Assembly: GCF_009914755.1 (NCBI RefSeq)
Contig: NC_060925.1
Length of the DNA stretch: 64,000 nt
Direction: 5' to 3' (one strand)
Source of the DNA: the human T2T-CHM13v2.0 reference genome, Homo sapiens
Positions 1 to 13,044 of the stretch are shown here, piece by piece. The position numbers were made by a program, and so were the translations under genes. The notes below the pieces were generated by a model, which worked only from the letters and a program-made list of their open reading frames with translations, was not told where the DNA came from and ran no database searches. The number at the start of each line of letters is the position of its first letter. The first letter of the stretch is position 1.

Positions 1-1126
1 ACCTCCCCATCCAACTGGATATTAAAAAAAGAAAATCTCTTCACCTACCATCTGTCATGGCAAGTCTGGCATTTTCAACTCTACTCAGTGTGAGCCATTG
101 CTTTTTCAATGTTCCATTAAGCCCTCCTAGTAGGAAGTTTGAATCATCTCTGGGGGCCTTGCCAGTATTTTAAATTCTGTGTCTTATGAGAATGTTCCCA
201 AGTCAATGAATCCTTCTCTATCCAATTATATCTTGAGGCCTCTTGATTAATCGCTCTCAGAATCCAGTCCCAGGAAAGCTTGACTGACTCCTCCTGAAAT
301 ATGCTGGCTAGTTCTTAAAGTTCCTTTGGTATATAGACCACTTTCTCCCTTACTAGTCCCAGCACACACCGCCCTGGGATTTGTTGCAACTGAACCCTAG
401 ATATAGGGCTAGTGAATGGCTAGGAGAGGAGGTGGGATGGTTACTAAAAGGGACACATGTTACTTTCCAGAGAAGAAGATTCCAGGCTCTTTTCCAACAA
501 AAGGATGGGAGGAAGGTAAGGGAGACCATGCTGATTTTTAGGAGTGGGGCTACATATGCAAACTAAGAAGCTTTGGAGAAGTCTTGGTAGTCAAAATACT
601 CAGGGCCTAGATATCTAGATATCCCTATCTCATGTTTCCAGGTTCCAGATTTCTCAAATAGGGGCCCGATCTTGTTAAATCAGACCTACTTTATTGTGCA
701 TTTAACCATGTTTGATGTTTAGCCATTCTATTAAGTGATAATGGGAAATGAGAGCTTCTTTGTAAGCACCTAAAGAGGCTCTCCGGCTTTCACAGCAGAT
801 TTTCAATTGCATATTATGCTTAGTTATTCCTTACCTTTCTGTAGTGCATCAATGGTGCTTATTTATAGCCATCTAATCCTGCCCTATTTTCTCCATACAT
901 ATCAAACAACTTGTACATCACCCCTACTACATTCTCTTTCCCTAGTATATTCTCCCAATTCATCACCTAATGGTTTTAATGACTGGACCACCACCTCATG
1001 CCAGAGGCCATTGGTACACTGTCTTATCATCAATGATGGGGTTCTCATTGCCAGATAAGCATTGAGTAATCCAGCTTCAAAATATCATTTTATTGCCTGT
1101 TTTCTCACACCATTTCTGGTACTAAC
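1..1126 (-). mobile_element. Degenerate ERVL-class (ERV3-16A3-like) internal sequence abutting an LTR
   Basis: The minus strand next to the LTR reads TAGTACCAGAAATGG (about 1110-1124), resembling the ERVL primer-binding site TGGTACCAGAAGTGG. How far the internal region extends leftward is inferred. Confidence 0.4.
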
Positions 1127-1568
1127 TGTTGTAGTTTGGATTCTTTAGATGCAGACATTGAGACGGAATTTGGGGCTTAAGATGTTTATTAGGGAATCAA
1201 CACCTATGAAGGAAAGGGAGAGAAAGCAGGATTGTTGGGTTATCACACAAACCCAACAAAGTCTTAGCCAACTTGGCAAGAAGTCTGGAGCAAGTATTGA
1301 CTATCAGAGTGTCTGCCATTAGCCTAAAAAGGCCAGGTCTTTATACCCCCTCCTCTCTTAATCACTAGATGAAGACTGCAATAAGAAGAGCATAATCTCA
1401 GGAAAGTATCTCTTTGCAGTATCTCAGGAAAGTATCTCAGGAAAGTATCTTTTTGTAGACTCTGAAGTAGCTTCCAAGTGTAGGCTCTCTACTGCTCCAA
1501 CTTCTTGAAACTGGGCAGAAAGTCCCTCTGTGAAGGAGAATTTGGCAACTCATCTCTGTGGCTACACA
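1127..1568 (-). mobile_element. LTR16-family LTR (ERVL)
   Basis: tgttgtagtttggattc...gcagacattgagacggaatttgggg...gatgtttattagggaatcaacacctatgaagg...agcaggattg matches the recalled LTR16 reverse-strand consensus; TG...CA termini. Confidence 0.6.
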
Positions 1569-1569
1569 A

Positions 1570-2995
1570 TATGTAATGGCATACATTTGACAATGTATGC
1601 TTACTATTAGCATAAAAATTGGGCTAGAATAGGAATAGCATATGCAAATATATTTTACAATCATGATTGGTGGTGGCAGTAGTAGTATTATGCTCAGACA
1701 GATATGTGTGAAATGTGGATTAAAGCAAATGAATAGTAATGGATATTTTAATTCTATTACCCTTCATGTCCTTGAGGATAAAAACAATTTTTATATATGT
1801 ATATCTACTGAAAGGCCTAGAGAAAGACTAGGCCAGTATCAATGAACATTGCTAGAACCTAGAATGTAATATTGAATTATCATTTCCTTCGAAAAGATAC
1901 CAGGGCTTTTTGGAGAAATGACTGATTCAACATTTGGCAAAGGAATGTATTAGATTAGACTAGAATATTTTGTCATGCAAAATAGCAAAGAAAGTAACAA
2001 AGACTATTAAAATCATAACGAAAGGACTAAGGAACCAACTTGAAGAGACTCCTTTTGGCCAAAGAAGGGATAAAGAATCAATAAGAATAAGAAAATTGAA
2101 ATATATTTACATTCTTGTGTTTATAATGATATTTTAAGAACTAATTGGGTGATGATAGAAAATCAATTTGTTATCTTAAAATTAGTAAGAGGAAATAATA
2201 AGCATTTATTCTGCCTTCCTAAATGAACTGAATTATTGAGTAACAAAGTAGCAAAATGAGGGAAGAATTTCTTTATAAAGTTCTCCCAGCTAACAAATAA
2301 AAACAAAATTATAAAATTAGAAATATCACCATAATCCAACTGCTAATTAATTATTGGATCTGGACAATAAGCAACAATATCACAAGAAGAGAGACAACCA
2401 GGCATTGTATGCCTCCTGATGAATAAACGTTACACCACCTGTAGTATTGTGAAAGAGATCAAGCCTAAATCTGATTGAGCCTCTAGATGCAGCTGCCATT
2501 TTTTAAAAAATCCAGGGAACAGAGGAATGTGTTGAACTCCACTATGGGCATGCCATAAGCAAAATCCAGACTGTAGGAAACTCTGGGAGTCAAAAGTCTT
2601 GGGTTTCAACAGCTAAATTAAAAGAAGAAAGAAAGAAATGGATGAAAAACTGTAGAGTAAAAGAAATGTTAAAGACCTAACTAACAATATTTTTTAAATG
2701 GACATGACAGAATGCTATAGTATCTAATGATGCATACTTAGGTGAGAGAAAAAACCATTAAAAAACATTCTTATGTGATTACCGTAAAAATCAGGATATG
2801 GTTACTTTTGTAGGAATAGGGGGTTGAGATTGGGCCAAGACAAATGGAGGGCTCCTGGGTGGCTGGCAAAATTCTATTTTCTTTTTCTACCATAGTGATG
2901 GTTCAGGAATGTTGACTAAAATATTTCACTAGTCTATACATTTGTTTATGCCGTTTTATGTATATGTTTTTCATTTTATAGTAAAATGGCTAAAC
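1570..2995 (+). mobile_element. Old L1 3' region (L1MC-like)
   Basis: A-rich, with motifs such as tttggagaaatgactgattc and gcaaaatccagactgtaggaaactct typical of L1MC 3' ends. Confidence 0.55.
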
Positions 2996-2999
2996 ATTT

Positions 3000-3835
3000 T
3001 TAAAAAGTAATAACAATAAAATAGCAACTTTTGAAGTATGGTTAAAGCTGTACCCAGAGGAAAATTTATAGTCTCAAATGTTTACATTAGAAGAGAAGTT
3101 AGGTCATAATTAGTAAATTAAGTTAGAAAAAAACAAAACCAAGTCAAATAAAGTAGAATAAGGGAAATCAAGAAGATAGGAACTGAAATTAATGCATTAA
3201 AAAACTAAGATAAAAGATCAATGAAGCCCGAGTGGAGACACTGATAAAAATTATAAAATCAATTATAAGATTGATGAAGAAAAGAAGGAGGTATGTCATA
3301 TATAGATCATAACATATCTATAGAAACAGGAAATATTTAAAAGACAAGAGGGTATAATGAAAAACTTTATACCAATAAAATTGGAAAACATAGGTGAAAG
3401 GGAAAAATTCCTGGACTCAACATTATAAAATGTTTTCAAACTTAATCCAAGAAAAATTAGAAAATATGAATGTTTGTATGAACATTTTAAGGAATTAAGT
3501 ATTGAAAGAGCTTCCTAAAGAGAAAACACCATGCCCAGACTGTTTTCTAAGCAAGTCTTATAAGAATGCCTACTATCACACTTCTATTTAACATTCTTCT
3601 AGATGATATACCTAGCAAATAAAACAAGAATTATAAATGAAATTTATAAGATTTGAATAGGAAAAAAATGAAAAAAATAAAAATGTAGTTTATAGATATG
3701 GTTTTCAATACAAAAAACTAAAATAATCTGCAAATAAATAACTAAAATTTAGAGATTCATGTTTGTCAGATATCAATGTATAAATACAAATGTCTATATA
3801 TAAATAGAAAAGTCTATGGTGTGTCTATATAATGG
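3000..3835 (+). mobile_element. Degenerate L1 ORF2 fragments
   Basis: aaagctgtacccagaggaaaatttatagtctcaaatg, aaaactttataccaataaaattggaaaac and aaaacaccatgcccagactgtttt resemble L1 ORF2; many stops. Confidence 0.65.
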
Positions 3836-4402
3836 CAGTATTTTACATTTATATTGAGTTTGAGGGATTCCAATTAATAGCATCTATTTTCCCAGCCTGA
3901 GTTCTGAACCAGACAAAACATAGAGATACAGAAAAACTAAACAAATAACCCGATTAAAAATGGACAAAGGACTTGAATAGACTTTTTTTTAAAGAAAACA
4001 TACAAATGGCCAACAGGTATATAAACTCAATATCACTAATTATCTGGGAAACCAAATGTAAGCCACAGTGAGATATCATGTCACACCTGTTAGGATGGCT
4101 ATTGTTAAAAGTCAAAAGATAGTATGTGTTGGTGAGAATGTGGAAAAAAGTGAACCCTTGTATACCGTTAGTGAGAATGTAAATTGATACAGCCATTATG
4201 AGAACAGTAACATTCCTCGAAAAATTAAATATAGAACTACCTTATAATCCAGCAATCCCACTTCTGGGTATCTATCCAAAGGAAATAAATCAGTATCTTG
4301 AAGATATATCTGCCCTTTCATGTTCTTTGCAGCATTATTCACAACAGCCAACATATGGAAACAACCTAAGTGTCCATCAATAGATGACTGGATAAAGAAA
4401 AT

Positions 4403-4403
<1 letters not shown>

Positions 4404-4435
<32 letters not shown>
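4404..4435. repeat. (AC)16 microsatellite
   Basis: Read directly from the sequence. Confidence 0.95.
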
Positions 4436-4437
<2 letters not shown>

Positions 4438-4461
4438 CAGCCTTGAAAAAAATATATTGTT

Positions 4462-4905
<444 letters not shown>

Positions 4906-5794
4906 TCATAGTGACAGAGAGTAGAATGGTGGTTACCAGGAGCTGTAGGGTGGGGGAAAAGAGGAGGTATTCATTAAAGGATACAAACCTTCAGTTATAA
5001 GTTAAATAAGTACTGGAGACCTAATGCAGGAAACGTGGTGAGTATAGTTACTAATAATGTGTCATGTACATGAAATTTGCTAAAGGAATAGATCTTAAGT
5101 GTTCTTACCACTCACACATACACACACAGACACACACACAATGGTAACCACGTGATGTGATGGATATGTTAATTAGCTTGATTGTAGTAATCATTTGACA
5201 ATGTATACATATACTAAAATGTCACATTTTATACCATAAATATATAGAATTTTTATTTATCAATCTTACCTAAATAAAACTGAAAAAAAAAGAACAGGTA
5301 GATAGAGGCTGAAATACTTTTATTACCAAAAACATTGATTTTGGAGAATGTCGCTAATATTTATGCAAAAGAGAGATTCATAATCCTGAATTCCAGAACC
5401 AGACAGCCTTATCCAGTGAGTCACCAGCAGCATATGAACACCAGATGCTGGTGTTTCTGCATCTCCTGTAAAGGAGGGGTTGTTTCTGTTAGGTTTTCTG
5501 CATGGCTTAGAGTAATCAAGACCACATATTCTCATAGACAGAGCAGCTCCTAAGAGGAAGGAAAGAGGAAATGCCTGGGCATGAAAGCCAAGTTTATCCC
5601 TTCAAATCATTAATCAGATTATGTTGCTTCTTCTCCCCCAGGGCCAGAGTGAGTGAGGGGCAGAGACAACCAGGATTGTTTCAGGGGTGAAGCTCCCTCC
5701 ACGTGGAAGAGAATATTTGGAGTAGGGAAGGATTTCCTACCTCCTAGTCAAAAAAGAATTTGTAATATCACTCCCCCTCAAAAAGGCTGGCCCC

Positions 5795-7345
5795 TAGGAA
5801 TAGATTTTAAAAAACATATGCAAGATTTTTATGGAGAGAGGTATAAAAATTTACTGAAAGATATTAAAGACAACCTAAATAAATACAGACATATCATGGT
5901 CACAGACAGGAAGACTGACCATTGTAAAAGTTATTAATTTTCCCCAAATCAATCCACAGGTTCAATATAATTCTAATAAAATTCTGAAGTAAGATTGTGA
6001 AGAATTTGACTATTTTTAAAGTTTATATGGATGATCAAAATGCAGTACACAATATACTCCCAGAGAAAAATGTTAGATAGGAAGACTTGCTCTACCAAAT
6101 CAAGTCTTATTTCAAGCTATCATAATTAAAAGTGTGGTTTGAGTGCAGAGATAGGAAGAAAGCCCAATGGAACAGAATAGAGCCCAAAGACAGGCGCATA
6201 CATAACTGATGAAAGCCATTACAGGAAGAGCTGGCATTGACGATAAGCTGGGAAAAGACTAACCATTTAACAGATGACATTAAGACAACTGCTCGTCTAT
6301 GTGGGGGAAAAACTGGATCCCTGCCACAGACACACATTCTAAATAAGTGTAAGGATTCCACTGAAAAAGGAAAACTACAAAATGTTTAATGAAAAATATA
6401 GAAAATAGCTTTTAATTTTGGGAGTGGGAAAGAATGCCTTAAACAATATTCATATGAGGAAATCCTTATAAAATTAGATTATAAATTTGACTGCATCATA
6501 ATCAAAAACTTCTTTCTTTCAAAAGACACCATAAAGAAAAGAGATAAGCCCCAAATTGTTAGAAAATAGTTGCAACATATTAACTAATAAATAATTAATA
6601 TCTATTATAGAACAAAACTCTGTGAATTAATAAGAAAAAGAAACATGGGCAAAACATATGAACAAGCCTTTCGCAGAGAAGAAATAGGACTGGTTAATAA
6701 ATGTGAAAAGATGTTCAACTACATAAGTAATATCACAATTGGGTAGCACTTATATCTTCTATATTTTCAAAAACTAACAAATCTTACAATACTAAGTATT
6801 TGAAGAATGTGGAACAAAAAAATATTCCTACACTGCTGGCTGGAGTATAAATTGCCTTAAGCATGTGGGAAAACCATTTGGCATTCCTTGGTATTGTTGA
6901 AGACGTGAATGTCCTGTGATATAGGAATTCTACACCAAAGTATCTTTCCTAGAGAACTTGCACAGGTGCCCCAGGAAACATGAACAAGACTATGATTGCA
7001 GCATTGTTTGCAACAGCAAAAATGGAAATAATGCCAGTCCATCAACACTAGAATGGGTAAATAAATCATAGTACACTTATGTAATGAAATATTACACAAA
7101 AGTAAAAATGAGTGAATGACAATTATACACACTAATAGAGGTGAACCTCATATTGATAAAAAATTATGAAAGAATACATGTAGTATGATTCAATTTATAT
7201 AAATCTAAAAAGGCAAACAAACTTATTTTGGGGGATATATTAATTATGGTAAACATATAATGGAAAGCAAGAGCATAATTAACAGCAATTTCAGTTATTT
7301 CAGGGTCAGGGATAAGAGGAAAGGCTTACATGGACTTTCAAATAC
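5795..7345 (+). mobile_element. Old L1M ORF2/3' fragments
   Basis: ttactgaaagatattaaagacaacctaaataaat, aatggaacagaatagagccc, aagcctttcgcagagaagaaat and cactgctggctggagtataaattg are degenerate L1 motifs. Confidence 0.7.
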
Positions 7346-7351
7346 ACTGAT

Positions 7352-7697
7352 TGCTATGACCTAAATGTTGTTGTTCCCTCAAAATTCATATGTTGGAACT
7401 TAATTTCCAATGTGATAGTATTAATAGGTAAGGCTTTTAGGTGGTGATTAAGTGATAAAGGCAGAGCCCCATGAATAGGATTAATACCATTATGAAAGTG
7501 AGGGACACTGTTTGCCCTTTCTGCCATGTAAGGACACATAGAAGTCACCATCTATGAGGAACAGGTCCTTCCCAGACACCAGATCTGCTGGCACCTTGAT
7601 CTTGAACTTCCTCCAGAACTGTGAACAATAAATTCTGTTGTTTATAAGTTGCCCAGTCTAAGATGTTTTGTTATAGCAGCAAGAACAGACTAAGACA
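7352..7697 (+). mobile_element. MaLR solo LTR (MST/MLT1A-type)
   Basis: tgctatg...aaaattcatatgttggaac...gcaccttgatcttgaacttc...aataaatt...ttgttatagcagc...gactaagaca. Confidence 0.85.
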
Positions 7698-8520
7698 TTA
7701 TCATATTCTATGTTTAAAAGAAAGAGGTGCCTGCATGTGTACTTATTTAATAAATACTTTTATATAGTAGACATAAATTACACATACTATATATTAATAT
7801 ATGGTACAATGTATTTTATTTGAAGAATGAAAGAACATTCCTCTGAAAATGATATACTGAAAGGTTCAGAATAAAACTAGCAAATTATTGGGGATTTTCA
7901 GTGAAATGCAAGAAGACGTAGTTTGTATAAAAAAGTAGCAGAAAATTCTAAGGAGACAACAGGCTGGGATGAAAAATCAGCAGGCTGAGAAACGAAATAA
8001 AGAGCATAGAATCAATTTGGAGGGGCTGAGATAATTTTTTTAATTATGGAAAATTAATATACAATAGTGGAATTTAAATCCATATTGGAAACAATAAGAA
8101 GATGATTTTATAGTTTTGAAAATTGAATCAATAATGTGAAGAACAAACTTCAGATTTTCCAAAAGATAGACAAAAGAGACAAAGACATAAAACTGATGTG
8201 AGAAGATGAACGATCTGGATGGGTCCAGTTGTTTCTTTCAATCCTTCCTGGACATCTCCAGAACTAGGGTTGGTGCCTTTCTCTTGTGTTCCCACAGCAA
8301 CCTGCATTACCCTATTGGAGTACTTACCACATTCTGGTGTGATTACCTGCTTGCTTTTCTCCCTCTCCTGCCTTGGAGGTTAGTCTGTAATATTCATAAA
8401 CTCTATCTGATTCATGATGTATTGCCCAGAGTATAGGCAGGGTTTGCAACACAGTATTTGCATCCTTCAGGGTAGAGTCAGTTGCGTCTAGCAGAAATTC
8501 CTAGTCAAAATATTTTAGAC

Positions 8521-9089
8521 CAGTGTTCAGCAAACCACAACCCACAGGTCAAATCCAGGCTGTTGCTTGTTGTGTAAATGTTGTTTTCAATGTACTGAAT
8601 GTTTATTGCCTCCCAAAATTCATATGTTGAAATCCAAGATGATGGTATTAGTAGGTGGGGCTTTGGGAGCTGATTAGGTCTTGAAGGTGGAGCCCTCGTG
8701 AACAGGATTAGTGCCCTTATAGAAGAGACCTTAGAGAGATCCTCACCCCTTCTGCCATGTGAGGCTATAGCAAAAAGAGAGCTAGCTGTTTATGAGCTAG
8801 GAATTGGGCCCTCACCAGGAAACAAGTCTGCTAGTACCTTGATTTTGAACTTCTCAGCCTCCAGAACTGTGACAAATAAATTTTTGTTGTTTATAAGCCA
8901 TCCAGTCTATGGATGCTATTTTGTTATAGCAGCCCGAATGGACTAAGACAATGTTTTATTGGTACACAGCCACTCCTTTATGTCTTGTTTATGGCTGCTT
9001 TTATGCTGCCATGGCAGAGTTGAGGAGTTGCTACAGAGAAAATATGGCCTGTAAAGGGCACAATGTTTATGAAAAGTTGCCAAACCCTA
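8521..9089 (+). mobile_element. MER58-type hAT-Charlie element split by an MLT1A-type LTR
   Basis: 5' part cagtgttcagcaaacc...aaatccagg and 3' part ttttattggtacacagccac...ggcagagttgaggagttgc...gttgccaaaccct flank the LTR. Confidence 0.65.
8582..8950 (+). mobile_element. MaLR solo LTR (MLT1A-like)
   Basis: ccaaaattcatatgttgaaatcc...ttgattttgaacttctcagcctccagaactgtgacaaataaattt...gactaagaca; approximate atgtt TSD. Confidence 0.85.
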
Positions 9090-10487
9090 GCTTAGACAAC
9101 AATAGGATTTTTTAATCTTATATATCATGAATTTCAGAGGTATTGTGGGCCCAAGATTGATTGAGTGGCTCAGTGACATCATTAGGAACTCAGATTCTCT
9201 ACACCTTTTCACACTGCCATTATTGACAAGTTGGCTACATTCCCTGGTCCCTGATGAGTATCCAGAAACAAAAAAGAACTGGCTTTTTCTTGTGTCTCTT
9301 TTATGAAATTAACACAGATGTTCCAAAAGCCCCTCAGGAGACTTTCTCTCATGATTGGCCAAAACTGAGTCCGTAAACCACCACCTAAACTACTCCCTAA
9401 ATCAGTAATTGACAAAATTTACAGAGACATCATGATTAGCCTATATCAAGCAGGATTAACCTAAGTCATTTGAAAGAAGAACAAATACTGGGAAAAAAAT
9501 CGAGGTTCCATGAGCGTTTAGGAAGGGGGAAATGGCTTTTACATAGGCAATCAATAGTGGATGCTGTAACACTCAGTAAATATTTTTTGAATGAATTAAT
9601 TACCAGTAAAACCTCTAACATTTGGATAACTGATGCTTCTGAAGAGTCCAGGGAAAAATGAGCAGAAGAAATAATTAAGGTTGCAATAGAAAAAATAGAA
9701 TAACCTTTTTCTGCTCTGAACAAGGACTGATGTATATAGATTACAAAGATTTAATGTGTTCCAGGGGAAAAAAATCAATGAAAAGAGATTGTTGGCTAGA
9801 TTTTTCTGACCAAAATTTTGAATTACAGAATAAAAAAAGAATTACCCAAGTGACAATATGAAAAAACAATATACTGCAAATGAACTGAGATCAAGCTGTC
9901 CTTAGATGTATACTCTTCAACATTAATTACCAGAAGATAGTGGAGCAATGTATATGTATGTAAACACCAAAAAGCTGTGACTCAAGTGCATTTTCACAGC
10001 CAAGTTTTCTTCCATGTGTGAAGGTAAAAGAAAGCTATTTTCTGACGTGCAAGGACTCAGAAAATATACCTACTTATACCTTCTCGAAAAAATAATTTCT
10101 AAAGATGTACTCTTACTAAGGATGAAGAAAAATTAAGTGTTCAATAATGGTGAGGCCATGGTATAAAGAGTCTGATATCCGCTATTTGCCAGATGCTAGG
10201 GCAGCAACTCTCAACCAGGGAGTCTGTCAAAGTATCTTTATTGCCCTAGGAGGCATGTCCCTGGCTTCCTTCTTCCACCCTAAATGAAAATCAGTGTGTA
10301 ATAAGGGGTGGTACTGTAAATCTACAGCCATCTAGGGCAGTGCTTCACAACCCTGATAAAAATATCAATGCTTGATCCCACTCCAGAAGTTCTGATTTGT
10401 TTTGGAGTGAGACCCAGACACAAAGCTCTCCAAGTGATTAGAATATGCAGTCAAGGTTGGGGAGTACTCTTCTAAGAGAAGAAAGCC

Positions 10488-10877
10488 TGTATTAGTTTGC
10501 TAGGGCTGCCATCACAAGTTCCATATACTGGGTGGCTTAAGCAACAGAAATGTATTGTTTCAGGTCTGGAGGCTAGAAGTCTGAGATCAAGTTTTTGGCA
10601 GGGTTGGTTTACTCTGAGGCCTCTCTCTTTGGCTTGTAGATGGTCATCTTCTCCCTGTGTCTTCAGGTGGTCTTTCCTCTGTATCTATCTGTATCCTAAT
10701 TTCCTCTTCTTACAAGGATGCCAGTTTTATTGGATTAGGATCTACCCTAGTGAATGACCTCATGTTAATTTAGTTTCTTCTTTAAAGACCCTATCTCCAA
10801 ATGTAGTCACATTCTGTGGTACTGGGGTTAGGACTTCAGCATATTAATTTTTTGGGGAAAAAATTCAGACCACAACA
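10488..10877 (-). mobile_element. MaLR solo LTR (MLT1B/C-like)
   Basis: tgtattagtttgctagggctgcc...ggtggcttaagcaacagaaatgtatt...ttcagaccacaaca; flanks aagcc/cagcc resemble a 5-bp TSD. Confidence 0.85.
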
Positions 10878-11274
10878 CAGCCTTTGGCTCTTCCACATCT
10901 TAAGGAGTAGGAGGGATTCTGAAGAGTCATCAAATCTAAGGAATTTGGCTAGACCAAAGAACTAATGGTATGGTCTGCCTCTCTCTTAGGATCTCAAATC
11001 TTAGAAATTCCACTCCTGCTCCATAGTGATGCACTTTTTGCTTCTACTACAAGGCTGATGAGAGGAATAGAACTCACTGCTGCCTCTGCCTAAAATTTCT
11101 GTAGCAAGTAGCTCTAGGCACTGGAAGACTCTCTTCCTTGCTTTGTCTAACCCACCACACTAGCACTTCCACTCTGTTGTGCTAATGAGATGAGACAGCC
11201 AAGCAACTTCTCGCTCCATCCTGCTGAGTTCTGCTCAAGACCCTGGTACTATGCTCACTTGCCTTAGTGCAAGG

Positions 11275-11925
11275 AATTTAGAGTTTAACTTTGAAGTAAG
11301 GATGATAATAGTCCCTCCCTAAAACCGAACCCCTCCTTGTTTGGAGACTGAAACTGCCTCTGTAAAACTAATAACAGCTGACAAGACTAGGATTATGGGA
11401 GGGGCCCAAATTCTGCTAAGATGTAGGCATAGTTAAACGATAACCAGCCATTGTTCTCCAGCTTGCTTTTCTATAATCCCTTACTGCTCACAGCCAGAAG
11501 TCACAAGATTTGTGACTTTCCCCATTTCTCCTATAGATAACAACACTGTTGTAGAACCTAAGATTGTTTTTTCAGACTTTCACATTCTGGCAACTGACTG
11601 ACTTCATCCAGACCTGTGACTCATGACTCAACTGCTCCCATGGCCCCCACCCAGAGGGTGACTCAGCACACAAGGACCGTTTTCCACACCCCTATGATTT
11701 CATCCCTAACCAATCAGCAGTACCCATTCTGTAGCCCCCTGCCCACCAGATTATCCATAAAAACCCTATCCTCTGAGTTCTTGGGGAGGCTGATTTCAGG
11801 AATAAACTTCTGTTCTATCACTTGGCTAGTTCTGCATTTATTAAACTCTTTCTCTATTGCAAGACTGCTATCTCAGTAAATTGGTTTTATCTGTGCAGCA
11901 GGCAAGAAGAACCCATTGGGAGGAT
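11275..11925 (+). mobile_element. LTR8-family (ERV1) LTR, probably 5'-truncated
   Basis: ggattatgggaggggcc...ctgctaagatgtaggcatagttaaacgataaccagccattg...cacaagatttgtgact...caagaagaacccattggg matches the recalled LTR8/LTR8B consensus. Confidence 0.7.
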
Positions 11926-12378
11926 GTTGAAAATTAAAATAAGGTGGTCAGCAAAGTCTTTATTTCTTGAGAACATGATGTTTGAGCAACGCATGAAATG
12001 AGAGCAAGAAAAAAAATCAATCTACAAAGGGAAGCATAGAGACTGTTAAGGGGACATTGAGGCCTGATTTAGGAAAGAAGAAATAAGAGATCACTTAGTC
12101 ACTCGCAGTTCAAACTTCCAGGCTTAGTAAAAATGTACCTAGAGGACTTAAAAAGATGCATAGGAGTTTATTCCCACTCAAATGGAGACAAATATTGTGT
12201 TCTTTCAGAAAATAGGAAAATATAGATTCTAATACTGCTTGGTTAGATTTCTCTGTTTCCTTGACAGAATTCTAGAACACATTCACAAACAGGTGATTTG
12301 TGTGCATTTAGACAAGGAAGTAGTTATTGGTGTCCAAATATACCCATATTATATAACATACTCCTAATATCTCTACAC

Positions 12379-12381
<3 letters not shown>

Positions 12382-12416
<35 letters not shown>
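12382..12416. repeat. (GT)17 microsatellite followed by a GA-rich tract
   Basis: Read directly from the sequence. Confidence 0.95.
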
Positions 12417-12419
<3 letters not shown>

Positions 12420-12661
12420 AAGAATGAGAAAGAGTGAGAGTGAGAGTAAGAGAGAGAGAGGGAGAGACAGCACAGATTCCCTGGCCAACTAATTTGAAAT
12501 TCTTTCTAGAATGTCACTCTAAACAGAGATTCACAATGCACATTAGCATACGAAAGGCTCTGCAGTAAATAAAATAGTTTAATTTTATTTAACCCAAGAA
12601 TGCTCCTTAAAAAAACCCAAAACCTATTATCTGGTGGAAAGAATGTTTTATAAAACATACT

Positions 12662-12826
12662 TACGGGGAAAGCAGGGAGGAGGAGCATCAAGATAATGTA
12701 TGCTGGGCTTAATACCTAGGTGATGGGTTGGTAGGCACAGCAAACCACCATGGCACACGTTTACCTATGCAACAAGCTTGCAGATGTGCCCTGGAACTTT
12801 AAAATAAAATAAAATAAAATAAAAAA
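12662..12826 (+). mobile_element. Short 5'-truncated L1PA 3' end
   Basis: gggcttaatacctaggtgatgggttg...caaaccaccatggcacacgtttacctatg...(aaaat)n tail; flanking aaaacata repeat. Confidence 0.85.
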
Positions 12827-13044
12827 CATATAGATACACCATGTGAGAAGAAAGGATCAAAGGTGGCAATCGAACACCAAGGAATTGGACTAGACAGTGG
12901 AGGGTTTTGGAGCAAGAATGGACTAAACTAGAATAAGCAAGAATAGCCCTCTGCAATAACCAGGAACAGCTGGGGGTAGTGATGTGGGGCAAGCTAGGCA
13001 GGCTTAAAGGGCCAGAAAGCAGGCAAGTACCAGCATATGCACAA

